64,000 nucleotides of DNA, taken from contig CAVZEM010000007.1 in NCBI GenBank assembly GCA_963774305.1, positions 93,231-157,230 on the forward strand. The letters run 5' to 3'. A model generated the notes under the pieces. It saw only the letters and a list, made by a program, of their open reading frames with translations, had not been told where the DNA came from and did no database searches. Source of the DNA: an uncultured Solirubrobacterales bacterium (GTDB lineage Bacteria > Actinomycetota > Thermoleophilia > Solirubrobacterales > 70-9). Below are positions 37,392-47,020 of the stretch, piece after piece (positions within the stretch are counted from its first letter, which is position 1; each line of letters opens with the position of its first letter). The translations under genes were made by a program, and so were the position numbers.

Positions 37392-37799
37392 TCACCATGA
37401 CTTCGCGCTGTGACCCACGCCGCTGATCAGCGGGCCGACAGGGAGCGCCACACGCAACTCAGTCCACGGTCGAAGGTGCTCCCAGCCCCAATCGTCCATG
37501 CCGACCTCCCGTTGTTTTCCGCCCTTCCCGTTTCGAACGAGGATTGAGCCACGGCCTGGCTCGAGATCGGATTCCGCCAAGGCGAGGGCCTCGGAGATAC
37601 GCAGGCCGGCGCGCCAGAGGACGGCGATGAGCCCTCGCATTCGACACCCGAACGGCCCGTCACCCGCTTCGCGCATCACACCGATTGTCTCCTCGATTCG
37701 CAGCGGGTCCGCCGGGTAGCGCCGGCCCTTGTTTGCGGGCCTGCGCCGCATCGGCTGACGGAGTTGAAAAGCGTCGTGGGAGCCTTGGCCGTTGAGCAT
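37392..37799 (-). pseudogene. Truncated tyrosine recombinase/integrase fragment
   Basis: GRRYPADPLRIEE...LWRAGLRISEALALAESDLEPGRGSILVRNGKGGKQREVGMD matches the start of a phage-integrase catalytic domain (Arg I region). The segment containing the H-x-x-R and Tyr residues is missing. Confidence 0.7.
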
Positions 37800-37951
37800 C
37801 GCTGCCTCCTAGATTGGGTGCAGAGCGATGCTCTTGGTCCAAACCGGCGCTTTTCAGTTGACGACCAGCGGCCGCCTTGCATCTCCCTTCACACGAAAGC
37901 GGCAAGCGCGCGCCGAAGCTCTTTACCGAGTCTTGCCCAGCGTCACGACGG

Positions 37952-38674
37952 TCATCCGCCCGCAACGAACTCGCGCAGCGCCACCCTGCCGCCACCAATC
38001 AGCGGCTCGCCGTGTGCGAACAAGAGGTTGTCGAAATCGAGGTCGAGCAGCCGCCGAAGCGACTCGCGCAGCCCAGCCCGCACCGGCGTGGGGTCATCGC
38101 CCATGAGGAATCCGGGCACGAAGGTAAGCCGGCCGCCGCGGGGGCGCGTAAGGCCGTCGGCGAAGGCGAGCGCGTCGCCGTCGGCGATCCGGATGTGTAG
38201 CGCGGTGTCGTCCGGGCAGATGGCTCCCAGCTGGTGTGCGGTGATTCCCGGCGCCAGCTCCTCCCCGAACGCGAAGCCCTCGACCTTCGGACCGCGCTCG
38301 AACTCGTGCAAGCCGGCGTCGCTGCAACGAATCGGGCAGCCGAACGCCTCCGCGTAGCGCTCGCTATGGCGGAGATGGTGGCGGTTGGTGAGGACGATCT
38401 GGTTCGGGGCCTCTCGCTGCTCGAACCACTCGAGGCCCTCGCGCGGCACCATCGGGTCGAGGACCATCCGGGTGGGCTCGATGTAGTACGAGTCCACGGG
38501 CAGCCTGATTCTCGGGTGGATTGCTGTCCAGTGATGGACGCCGGGGAGCACCTCGCGGATCGGCCGGTGCGATGCGAGCTCGAGCACGAGCGGACGGAGG
38601 TACTGTGGCCACGCCGCGCCGGCGAGCTGGACGCCGTACCGGGCCTGACGGGTGAGAGGCTCGAGTAGCGCCAT
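37952..38674 (-). CDS. MBL-fold metallo-hydrolase-like protein
   Basis: From the ATG at 38674: ...VLTNRHHLRHSERYAEAFGCPI...AHGEPL. The HxHxDH motif is degenerate. Confidence 0.55.
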   Translation of the reverse strand: MALLEPLTRQARYGVQLAGAAWPQYLRPLVLELASHRPIREVLPGVHHWTAIHPRIRLPVDSYYIEPTRMVLDPMVPREGLEWFEQREAPNQIVLTNRHHLRHSERYAEAFGCPIRCSDAGLHEFERGPKVEGFAFGEELAPGITAHQLGAICPDDTALHIRIADGDALAFADGLTRPRGGRLTFVPGFLMGDDPTPVRAGLRESLRRLLDLDFDNLLFAHGEPLIGGGRVALREFVAGG

Positions 38675-38767
38675 TGTCAGGACGTTATACGCGTGCCCAA
38701 TGCACGACGACAGGTGTTCGAAGCCTTCGGGCTGTGCCCATTTCACGGGGAGCGAGCAAGAACTCCT

Positions 38768-38841
38768 GCTTCTCGTCCAAAGGGGTAGCGACTCCGCGGG
38801 GAACGACCTAGGGTCGGGCGCTCCCGGATTCACGCGAAGGG
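38768..38841 (+). repeat. R3 repeat blocks (GCTTCTCGTCCAAAG ... TTCACGCGAAGGG)
   Basis: Same two blocks, with similar spacing (46 vs 43 nt), as 35036..35106. Confidence 0.7.
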
Positions 38842-39150
38842 GAGGCGCCACGGCCTGTAGGCTGGGCTTGCGTTGGAGCGGCCTCCCGAACAGGATCAGC
38901 GCAAGTCCCGGTGGGGGCCTCCACCCGACTCGGACCTGATCGGCATCCCCCTCGTTCTGGGCATGGTTGTTGCCCTCCTTGCCATCGCGTTGGCGTTCGT
39001 TTTCCTCCACTGGGCCGGACTGATTGTGGTCGGCGTTGTTCTGATCGCCGCCCTCGCGATCAGCTACCGCGTCGTGACCGGTTCAGAAAGCCAGGACTAG
39101 GCGTTCGGCCTCAGCGGGCCAGGCGCTTCTGTGGTCCCACCGGTCCGCGC

Positions 39151-39236
39151 CTCCTTTCCGCGAAAGGGAGCGCCAGGTCGAAGAGCGCTCCTTTCCATGC
39201 AAAGCGGCGGTTTCGGTCGAGGTTTGTTACCACCGC
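39151..39236 (+). repeat. R3 repeat blocks (TTTCCGCGAAAGGGAGCGCC ... GCGCTCCTTTCCATGCAAAGC ... GAGGTTTGTTACCACCGC)
   Basis: Shares blocks with 36268..36295 and 34981..34998, and contains the hairpin GAAAGGGAGCGC/GCGCTCCTTTC. It lies 70 nt from the tRNA-Ala 3' end. Confidence 0.7.
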
Positions 39237-39306
39237 GTTACCTCCGGGGACCCCGGCCCGACTGCCCGGAATGCAGAAACCCCCGCGCTAGCAGGGGCTT
39301 CTGAGA

Positions 39307-39379
39307 TGGAGCTAGCCGGACTCGAACCGGCGACCTCCTGGGTGCGATCCAGGCGCTCTCCCAACTGAGCTATAGCCCC
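39307..39379 (-). tRNA. tRNA-Ala (anticodon CGC)
   Basis: Reverse complement: GGGGCTATAGCTCAGTTGGGAGAGCGCCTGGATCGCACCCAGGAGGTCGCCGGTTCGAGTCCGGCTAGCTCCA. Clean cloverleaf with the G3:U70 Ala identity pair. CCA is not encoded. Confidence 0.95.
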
Positions 39380-39452
39380 GCGTGGATGGGACATATGTTG
39401 GCTCGCAGACGGTCTGGCAGGCGAACCTAAGTGCAGGATACGCTGTCATAGG

Positions 39453-40817
39453 GTGAGTTTCGGACGGCGCCTGGCGCTCTTCTTCCTGTTGATCGCGATC
39501 GTGCCGATGGCGGCACTGATCAGCATCCTGCTGTTCGTCAGCGACGATTCGCAGCGGGGTAAGGCCGATGCACGGCTCGCTCAGGGGTCGCAGACCGCCA
39601 TCTCGGTCTACAACGCGCGGACCGCCGACGCCAAGCCGCATGTCCGCCGGCTGGCCGGCAGCTCTGACCTCGCGGTGGCGCTCAAGTCGGGCGATTCCGC
39701 GGCCCTGCGCGCCGTCACCCGTACAGCCGCCGACGAACCGGGGGTCGTGCGCGTCGAGATCCTGGACAACGCCGGGAGGGACATGGCCACTTCGGGATCG
39801 CCCGCCGCGGTCGCGTTTTCCAGGGTCGGCCTGACGGATCAGGCGCGGCCGGTCGGCGCCCTACGCGTGTCCACCATCACGGCTGACGAGTACGCGGCGG
39901 CGGTCCACAGCCTGACCGGCCAACAGGTCGTGTTGCGCCGCGGCGGCGCGACTCTCGCCGCCACGGTCCCGCCGCCGCGGAAGGCACTCGAACCGAATCA
40001 GACGGCGGACCTGAGCGCCAATGGTGTCAGCTACCGAGGGCACGCCACGACGCTCGATGAGAGCGACGGGTTGACGCTGGTCATGCTCGGCCCGCCGAAG
40101 TCCGGTGGATTCCTCGGGATTGGTCCGCCGGCGCTGGCGATCCTGACCCTGTTCCTACTGGCCGCAGTCGCGCTCGCCTGGACCCTGGCCCGGACGCTGA
40201 CCCGTCTCCACCAGCGCGTGGCGGAGCAGGCCGTCACCGATCCGCTGACCGGTCTGTGGAACCGCCGCCACATGGGGGAGATGCTCGAACGTGAGGTGTC
40301 CCGCGCGCGCCGCTTCAGGCACCCGATGTCGCTGATCATCCTCGACGTCGACGACTTCAAGCAGATCAACGACCGCGAGGGTCACCTGCAGGGCGACCTC
40401 GTGCTCGAGAGGGTCGCCGACGTGGTTCGGGAGGGAATCCGGTCGATCGACGTCGCCGCCCGCTATGGAGGCGACGAGCTCGCGGTGATCCTCGTCGAAA
40501 CCGACCGGGAGGGGGCGCTCATTCTGGGCGAGCGCCTTGCCGACCGAATGCGGACGCAGGAGGTCCCGCTTCGCGAGGGAGGGTCGATGGCAGTCACGAT
40601 CAGCCTAGGTGTCGCGACGATTCCGGACTCGGCCGAGGACGTCGAATCCCTGGTCGACGCGGCCGACCGGGCCCTGCTGAGGGCCAAGCGGGCAGGCAAG
40701 AACCAGTTTCGAGCCGCGCCTGCGACGCGTCCAGGCGACGACCCCGAGGGGGGCGTACTTGGGTCCGGGAGGCGCCGTTTCGCCCCCGAGAGGAGCCCAG
40801 AGGGCAAACGTCCGTAA
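39453..40817 (+). CDS. Diguanylate cyclase (GGDEF) with N-terminal membrane-bound sensor region
   Basis: Two TM segments flank a periplasmic-type domain, followed by DPLTGLWNRR...LIILDVDDFKQINDREGH...RYGGDELAVIL. Confidence 0.88.
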   Translation: MSFGRRLALFFLLIAIVPMAALISILLFVSDDSQRGKADARLAQGSQTAISVYNARTADAKPHVRRLAGSSDLAVALKSGDSAALRAVTRTAADEPGVVRVEILDNAGRDMATSGSPAAVAFSRVGLTDQARPVGALRVSTITADEYAAAVHSLTGQQVVLRRGGATLAATVPPPRKALEPNQTADLSANGVSYRGHATTLDESDGLTLVMLGPPKSGGFLGIGPPALAILTLFLLAAVALAWTLARTLTRLHQRVAEQAVTDPLTGLWNRRHMGEMLEREVSRARRFRHPMSLIILDVDDFKQINDREGHLQGDLVLERVADVVREGIRSIDVAARYGGDELAVILVETDREGALILGERLADRMRTQEVPLREGGSMAVTISLGVATIPDSAEDVESLVDAADRALLRAKRAGKNQFRAAPATRPGDDPEGGVLGSGRRRFAPERSPEGKRP

Positions 40818-40916
40818 ATTGGTCGTTGGGGTGCAGGTTCCAGGCGGCGATCCAGCTATCACATATGCGCCACAGCGCCTAAGCTTTGACCCCTCGAGGC
40901 GGTCAGACCGCGCATC

Positions 40917-42233
40917 ATGGGAATACTCGACGACGCGATTCGCGAACACCTCGATCTGAAGCGCAAGCACGGCGCGCACGACGCCGACCTGCGCGAGATC
41001 GAGGACGAGGCGTTCGGGTCAACCGATCGCCCGGACCCGTTTGCCGCAAACGAGCTCTTCAACGAGGTCTCGTCCGCGGGCGTGGCCGATGCCCCCGGGG
41101 GCCCCTCGACTGAACCCGCCGGCCTCGGCGAGGTCGAGCCGCCGGCAGGACCCAGCGAGCCCGATGCCGGGGGCGAGGAGCCGACCAGGTTGGTCGAGCC
41201 CGAGGCCCTGCGTCCCACCGAGCCGCCGTCCGAGGAGGCGCCGATCGAGCCGATCAGCCCGCCTGAGGGGGACAGCCAGATTCCCGGCCAGGTCGAGCTG
41301 CCCGGGCAGGATGAGATCCCGGGACAGGAGCGGCTCGAGGATCCGCTGGAGGGCTATCAGCGCTCCACCGAGCCGGAGCCGGAGCTTCCCGCCGAAGCCG
41401 AGCCGGAGCCGGAGCTTCCCGCCGAAGCCGAGCCGGAGCCGGAGTTCGAGGCCGAGCCGCCATCGCCGTCCGAGTCGCTCGAGGATCTGATCGCCGAGGA
41501 GGAGCCGTTCCCGGAGGACACCGCCGCGCCGCCCGCCGCGCCGCGCGAGGATGCAATCGAGCCGCCCGAGGATGCAATCGAGCCGCCCGAGCCCGAGCCT
41601 CCCGCCGCGGTTGAGCCCGCTGAGCCGGAGCCCGAGCTGCCGCCCGAGCCCGAGAGTGCGGTCCCCGATCCGCCTCCGCCACCGCCCGATGGCGGACCGG
41701 AGCCTCCGGGCAGGGCTCGCGGCCGAGTCGACGTGCCCACGCAGGAGCATCCCCCGCCGGGCGACACCGGCGGCCTACCGCCGCTGCCCCCTCAGGAGTC
41801 CGCGTACGCGCCCGAGCCGCTCGAGCCGGTGGACGAGGCGCCGTCCGCGGAGGAGGAGCTGCCGGCGGCGGAGCCGAGCGAGGAGGAGGCGCCGGGCGGC
41901 CCAGGCGGCCCCGCCCTCTACGACTTCGAGACCGACGAGGACCCGCTGGCCGCCACGCCCGCGCCGGCGGATGACGACGACTTCGAGGCCCTGGGTCCGG
42001 CCGAGGAGGCCGCGCCCTACGTCGAGGAAGAAGAGCCATACGCCGAGGAGCCGGTGTCGGGCACCGAGCCTCCCCCTGAGGAGCCGGGAACCGAGGTCAG
42101 GCCGGCGCTCGAGGACGAGGAGGTCTACGAGGGCGGTTCTCTCGACCCGGAGGAGACCTACGAAGAGGACGAGGGGGAGGGGGAGGGCCTGTGGTTCGAG
42201 AAGGGCCCTCCCAAGGACTTCGACTTCGAATGA
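40917..42233 (+). CDS. Acidic Pro/Glu-rich low-complexity protein with conserved-looking termini
   Basis: N-terminus MGILDDAIREHLDLKRKHGAHDADLREIEDEAFG, C-terminus GLWFEKGPPKDFDFE, and a centre of roughly 350 aa of E/P/A repeats. Confidence 0.6.
   Translation: MGILDDAIREHLDLKRKHGAHDADLREIEDEAFGSTDRPDPFAANELFNEVSSAGVADAPGGPSTEPAGLGEVEPPAGPSEPDAGGEEPTRLVEPEALRPTEPPSEEAPIEPISPPEGDSQIPGQVELPGQDEIPGQERLEDPLEGYQRSTEPEPELPAEAEPEPELPAEAEPEPEFEAEPPSPSESLEDLIAEEEPFPEDTAAPPAAPREDAIEPPEDAIEPPEPEPPAAVEPAEPEPELPPEPESAVPDPPPPPPDGGPEPPGRARGRVDVPTQEHPPPGDTGGLPPLPPQESAYAPEPLEPVDEAPSAEEELPAAEPSEEEAPGGPGGPALYDFETDEDPLAATPAPADDDDFEALGPAEEAAPYVEEEEPYAEEPVSGTEPPPEEPGTEVRPALEDEEVYEGGSLDPEETYEEDEGEGEGLWFEKGPPKDFDFE
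41370..41445 (+). repeat. Tandem 30-bp coding repeat, about 2.5 copies
   Basis: GAGCCGGAGCCGGAGCTTCCCGCCGAAGCC occurs twice, plus a partial third copy (EPEPELPAEA units). Confidence 0.9.
41547..41588 (+). repeat. Tandem 21-bp coding repeat, 2 copies
   Basis: GAGGATGCAATCGAGCCGCCC occurs twice (EDAIEPP units). Confidence 0.9.
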
Positions 42234-42236
42234 GTT

Positions 42237-42266
42237 AGACGGGTCGCGCTGTCGCGCGCCCTCGCA
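42237..42266 (+). repeat. R1 30-nt hairpin repeat
   Basis: AGACGGGTCGCGCTGTCGCGCGCCCTCGCA exactly fills the gap between the stops of the convergent acidic-protein gene and gdh. Confidence 0.85.
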
Positions 42267-43568
<1,302 letters not shown>

Positions 43569-43663
43569 TCACGCTTCCTGGGGCGCTTTCGCGCCAGCCA
43601 TGCCAGTCTCTCACAGCGGCTTTCACAGGGTTGCGCATGCCCGCCCTACAATCGATCTCCCAC

Positions 43664-43736
43664 GGGGCCATAGCTCAGTTGGGAGAGCGCGGCGTTTGCA
43701 ACGCCGAGGGCGCGGGTTCGAGCCCCGCTGGCTCCA
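43664..43736 (+). tRNA. tRNA-Ala (anticodon TGC)
   Basis: GGGGCCATAGCTCAGTTGGGAGAGCGCGGCGTTTGCAACGCCGAGGGCGCGGGTTCGAGCCCCGCTGGCTCCA. G3:U70 is present; CCA is not encoded. A TACAAT hexamer sits at 43647..43652 upstream. Confidence 0.95.
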
Positions 43737-44184
43737 CTAGAGGCTCCTGACGCATCGGTGGAGTCTCCGGTGCCAAGTGGTCATCGGCAAAGCGGATTCC
43801 CCGGCGCTGGCCATTCCGGGCGTCGGTGAGCCGCAAGTGGATCAGGTCCATCCCGGTACCCAACTCGGTTGCAGGGATGTAGAAGCATCGTTTCGTCGTG
43901 ACGTCGTAGACAGCTAGCCAATCGATGGTCGCGGATGTGTACCGCTTGATCTGCTTCACCTTCCCATTCGTGAGCGACGCTGATCGGCAGCGAACGGGGA
44001 CGACGTTGCCGTCCGAGCGGGCGTACTTGACCTGAACTCGCTCGAGCCGGTCCTCGCGGATCAGGATCAGGTCGAAGTCGTTGTCCTCACCGAACGGGAT
44101 CGCGACTCGATAGCCGCGCTTGATCAGGTCGGCGGCGATCTTGAGCTCCGCCAGATCTCCCTTTGTCTTCAGTGATGCCATCAC
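43675..44184 (-). CDS. PD-(D/E)XK endonuclease (PDDEXK_5-like; group-I-intron-endonuclease-related fold)
   Basis: KGDLAELKIAADLIKRGYRVAIPFGEDNDFDLILIREDRLERVQVKYA. The ORF has no stop until 43675, so its last roughly 20 codons are antisense to the tRNA-Ala 3' half. Confidence 0.65.
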   Translation of the reverse strand: MMASLKTKGDLAELKIAADLIKRGYRVAIPFGEDNDFDLILIREDRLERVQVKYARSDGNVVPVRCRSASLTNGKVKQIKRYTSATIDWLAVYDVTTKRCFYIPATELGTGMDLIHLRLTDARNGQRRGIRFADDHLAPETPPMRQEPLVEPAGLEPAPSALQTPRSPN

Positions 44185-44256
44185 TAGGTCCAGCAGGGAC
44201 CTTGCGCGAGGAGACGTAACGCGTGTGCGTCGAATGTGGCGAAGGTGTGTCGAGGG

Positions 44257-44781
44257 CTAGCGGGTGGGTCCCGCTTGCGGGCCCGTCGCCGGTGGGCCGG
44301 TTTCCCCGCCCTCCGAGCTGTCCCCGATCACCTTCCGCTCGATCTTCTCCAGTTCGACGTCGAGCTCCCGGTCGGCCAGCATGCCTCGCAGGGCGCCCGT
44401 GATCGTGCGCGCCCACATCCGGCGGGCCACCGCCACCTCGGTGTGCCCGGCGGCGTCGTGTTCGTACTCCGTCCACTCGACGCAGACGTTGCGCTCACCC
44501 GCGGAGGGCGCGTCGTCCGGCAGGGGCGCCCCGTCGCCGTAGAGGACGATCCGCGCGGCCCAGCCGTCGGGGCAGAGCTCCTGCATCCGCTCCCGGGCGC
44601 GCCACTCCCGCACCATCATCTCGTCCCGGCGCCGCTTGTACCGGGACAGCAGCAGCACCGTTGCTGTCAGCAGCGCACAGGCGAGCACCGTCGCGCCGAC
44701 GATCTCGATCGAGAGACCCAGGCCCCCACCCTTCTCCTGCGGAACGTTCTGCGCAGCGAGGATGTGGAGTCCGAGAATCAT
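44257..44781 (-). CDS. Hypothetical single-pass membrane protein
   Basis: One TM (IVGATVLACALLTATVLLL) followed by a soluble domain. No family recognised. Confidence 0.45.
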   Translation of the reverse strand: MILGLHILAAQNVPQEKGGGLGLSIEIVGATVLACALLTATVLLLSRYKRRRDEMMVREWRARERMQELCPDGWAARIVLYGDGAPLPDDAPSAGERNVCVEWTEYEHDAAGHTEVAVARRMWARTITGALRGMLADRELDVELEKIERKVIGDSSEGGETGPPATGPQAGPTR

Positions 44782-44841
44782 CGTCCTCTAGGTGCAATTC
44801 ATATACCCCCGATGCCGATTCGCCAAGAGGGCGAATGACGA

Positions 44842-45717
44842 TCAGGAGAACGCGCAGGTGCTCACCAACACCAGCAGCAGCGCGACGGGGCACCCGATCA
44901 AGGTGATCAGCGCGGCGATCCACCGCCGCAGGATCAGCGCGCCGATGCCGGCCGCCATGCCGGCGACCGCCGCAACGGCAGTCAGCGAGTCGATCGGGTT
45001 GCTCCACCCCGGCGGGCCTCCACCTGTCTCGCACCCCGGCTGGGCCAGCACGAACGCGAGCGCGAGCGCGCAGGTCACGCCAGTGAGCGCGAGGGCCGCA
45101 TTGGCCAGCCACCGAGTCAGCTCCTCCATTCGCGATCGCTTCACCTGACCGGCCGTTCCGACGTGAATCGCGAGCTTGCCGAGGTGCACAACCCGCTCTC
45201 TGATCCCGTCGGACTGGCTCTCCATGGTCCAGCCCTCTGACCTCCCCATCAACGTTCCGGCCGCAGCCGCGACCAGCAGGACGACGGGCAGCATCAGCAT
45301 GGGTGCAGCGGACGGCGCCACGGCGTTCCCATCCGTCGTCACGAGGACGACGATCGTCCCGATCCCCGCCCAGACCCCGGTCACCCCGAGGTTTGTGAAG
45401 ATCCTTGGCCACTCCGTGCGCGGGTTGACGCGCAGGCTCCAGGCCGTGGTGACGGTGATGGTCGCGAGGATCGCGAAGGCGTAGAGCCAGGAGCGGGCCT
45501 CGTACTCGCGCTGCAGCGGCTCCGCCGCCCGCCCGCGGGCCACGCCCTCGCTGAGTTGAGCGTTGAAACAGGCTGCCTGGTCCGGCAGGCAGTCGCGCGA
45601 GGGGAAGTCCGGCAGCCGTGACTCCGTGTGCGGGAGATCTACCGCGGCCACGATCAGGATGAAGGCGCATACCGCCACGCACCCGAGAATCGGTCTGCTC
45701 GGCGCTTGCCACCCCAT
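44842..45717 (-). CDS. Hypothetical multi-pass membrane protein
   Basis: At least 6 hydrophobic helices. No family recognised. Confidence 0.5.
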   Translation of the reverse strand: MGWQAPSRPILGCVAVCAFILIVAAVDLPHTESRLPDFPSRDCLPDQAACFNAQLSEGVARGRAAEPLQREYEARSWLYAFAILATITVTTAWSLRVNPRTEWPRIFTNLGVTGVWAGIGTIVVLVTTDGNAVAPSAAPMLMLPVVLLVAAAAGTLMGRSEGWTMESQSDGIRERVVHLGKLAIHVGTAGQVKRSRMEELTRWLANAALALTGVTCALALAFVLAQPGCETGGGPPGWSNPIDSLTAVAAVAGMAAGIGALILRRWIAALITLIGCPVALLLVLVSTCAFS

Positions 45718-45726
45718 CCCGGCCGC

Positions 45727-46827
45727 CTAGTCGTCCGGCGGCAGCTTGGACTTGGGCGGGAAGGGGGCGGGCGCCACCACGCCTTCCTCCTCGAATCCGG
45801 CGCGCAGCAGAGCCGGGACCTGCGTGATCGGGTCGGGCGAGTGGATCAGCACCACTCCCAGCTGATGACCGCCGATCCGTGCCGTGGTCACGTAGCAGCG
45901 GCCGGCCGGGTCGGTGAAGCCCGTCTTCAGTCCCGTCACCTCGGCCTGCGGCAGCCCGGGCAGCCCGCGCTGGAGGAAGTAGTGGTTGTTGTAGAGATAG
46001 AGGTGCTTGCCCTTGATCGGGAAGCGTGGCTTGGCGTTGCGCGTCTGCGCGATCTGGGCGATTCGTGGGTTCGCCAGATCGGCGCGAGCGAGCTCGGCGA
46101 GGTCCACCGGGCACGAGTAGTTGTTGCGGTCGCGCAGCCCGTTGGGTGTCGAGTAGTGAGTGCAGTCGAGTCCCATCGACTTCCCCTGCCGGTTCATCTG
46201 CTTGACGAAGCGCGAGACCGTCCCGCCGTCGTGCTCGGCAAGCGCGACCGCGGCGTCGTTGGCCGAGATCATGATCAGCGCCTGGAGCAGCGGCTCGAGC
46301 GGCACCTTCTTCCCTCGCGGGAGCAGGCCGGTGGCCGAGCCCGGCGTCTGAGCCGCCTTCCGGCTCACCAGCACGTGTTCGCCCGGCCGATTCCGGTTCG
46401 CCACGATCAGCGCGGTCATCATCTTGGTCAGGCTGGCGATGGGGTGCTCGAGGCGCGGATTCCTCTCCCAGAGCACCGCGCCGCTCTTCACGTCGAAGAG
46501 GATCCCGGCGACCGGCGGATGCTTGAACCGGTAGTGGACCGGCAGCGGGCCCACGACCGGCAGCAGGCCGTAGTGGGAGAGCGCGATCGTGCGCGTGAGC
46601 GCCGATGGGACCGTCACGGTCGGCCGCCGCCCCGAGTTACCCGGGATGCCGCCTGCACCCGCATTGGCGCCGGAGAGGGGTTGACTGGCTGCGGTCGACG
46701 TCGACCCCGACTCGCCGGCCCGTTCAGGCCAGATCGCGACGGCCACGACGCCGGTCGCCCCAAAGGCGAGCACCAAGCCAACGATGACCGCGATCCGCTT
46801 AATCATCGGGCGGGTTCCGCAGGGCAC
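45727..46827 (-). CDS. D-alanyl-D-alanine carboxypeptidase (peptidase S11)
   Basis: SLTKMMT (SxxK), SANDAA (SxN) and KTGFT (KTG) motifs, with a signal/TM N-terminus. Confidence 0.85.
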   Translation of the reverse strand: MPCGTRPMIKRIAVIVGLVLAFGATGVVAVAIWPERAGESGSTSTAASQPLSGANAGAGGIPGNSGRRPTVTVPSALTRTIALSHYGLLPVVGPLPVHYRFKHPPVAGILFDVKSGAVLWERNPRLEHPIASLTKMMTALIVANRNRPGEHVLVSRKAAQTPGSATGLLPRGKKVPLEPLLQALIMISANDAAVALAEHDGGTVSRFVKQMNRQGKSMGLDCTHYSTPNGLRDRNNYSCPVDLAELARADLANPRIAQIAQTRNAKPRFPIKGKHLYLYNNHYFLQRGLPGLPQAEVTGLKTGFTDPAGRCYVTTARIGGHQLGVVLIHSPDPITQVPALLRAGFEEEGVVAPAPFPPKSKLPPDD

Positions 46828-47014
46828 CGATCAGGCCGGCGGCGATCATCCCGACGATCAGCAGGGACACCGCATAGAGCCCGATCGCCCCGATGTCGCC
46901 GTATGTACTCAGCCGCAGCCCGGTGTCGACGATCACATAGATGGTGACCGCCGCGAAGAAGCCGCAGAAGACCAGGCCGAGCAGGAGCAGGGCGTTCCTG
47001 AGGTCGGGATCCAC
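46799..47014 (-). CDS. Small two-TM membrane protein
   Basis: 71 aa, two hydrophobic helices. Overlaps the carboxypeptidase start by 29 nt. Confidence 0.4.
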   Translation of the reverse strand: MDPDLRNALLLLGLVFCGFFAAVTIYVIVDTGLRLSTYGDIGAIGLYAVSLLIVGMIAAGLIGALRNPPDD

Positions 47015-47020
47015 GTTCGC

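Noticed and set aside
38873-39100. 75-aa small hydrophobic ORF
   Set aside because: The C-terminal part (LVLGMVVALLAIALAFVFLHWAGLIVVGVVLIAALAI) is plausibly two TM helices. However, the TTG start, the lack of an SD and its location among repeat blocks make it too uncertain to call.
33900-39306. Direct repeat of the tRNA-Ala(CGC) 3' end marking the distal island border
   Set aside because: I scanned for GGACTCGAACC/TGGAGCTAGCC-like strings and found none, so the island border remains undefined.
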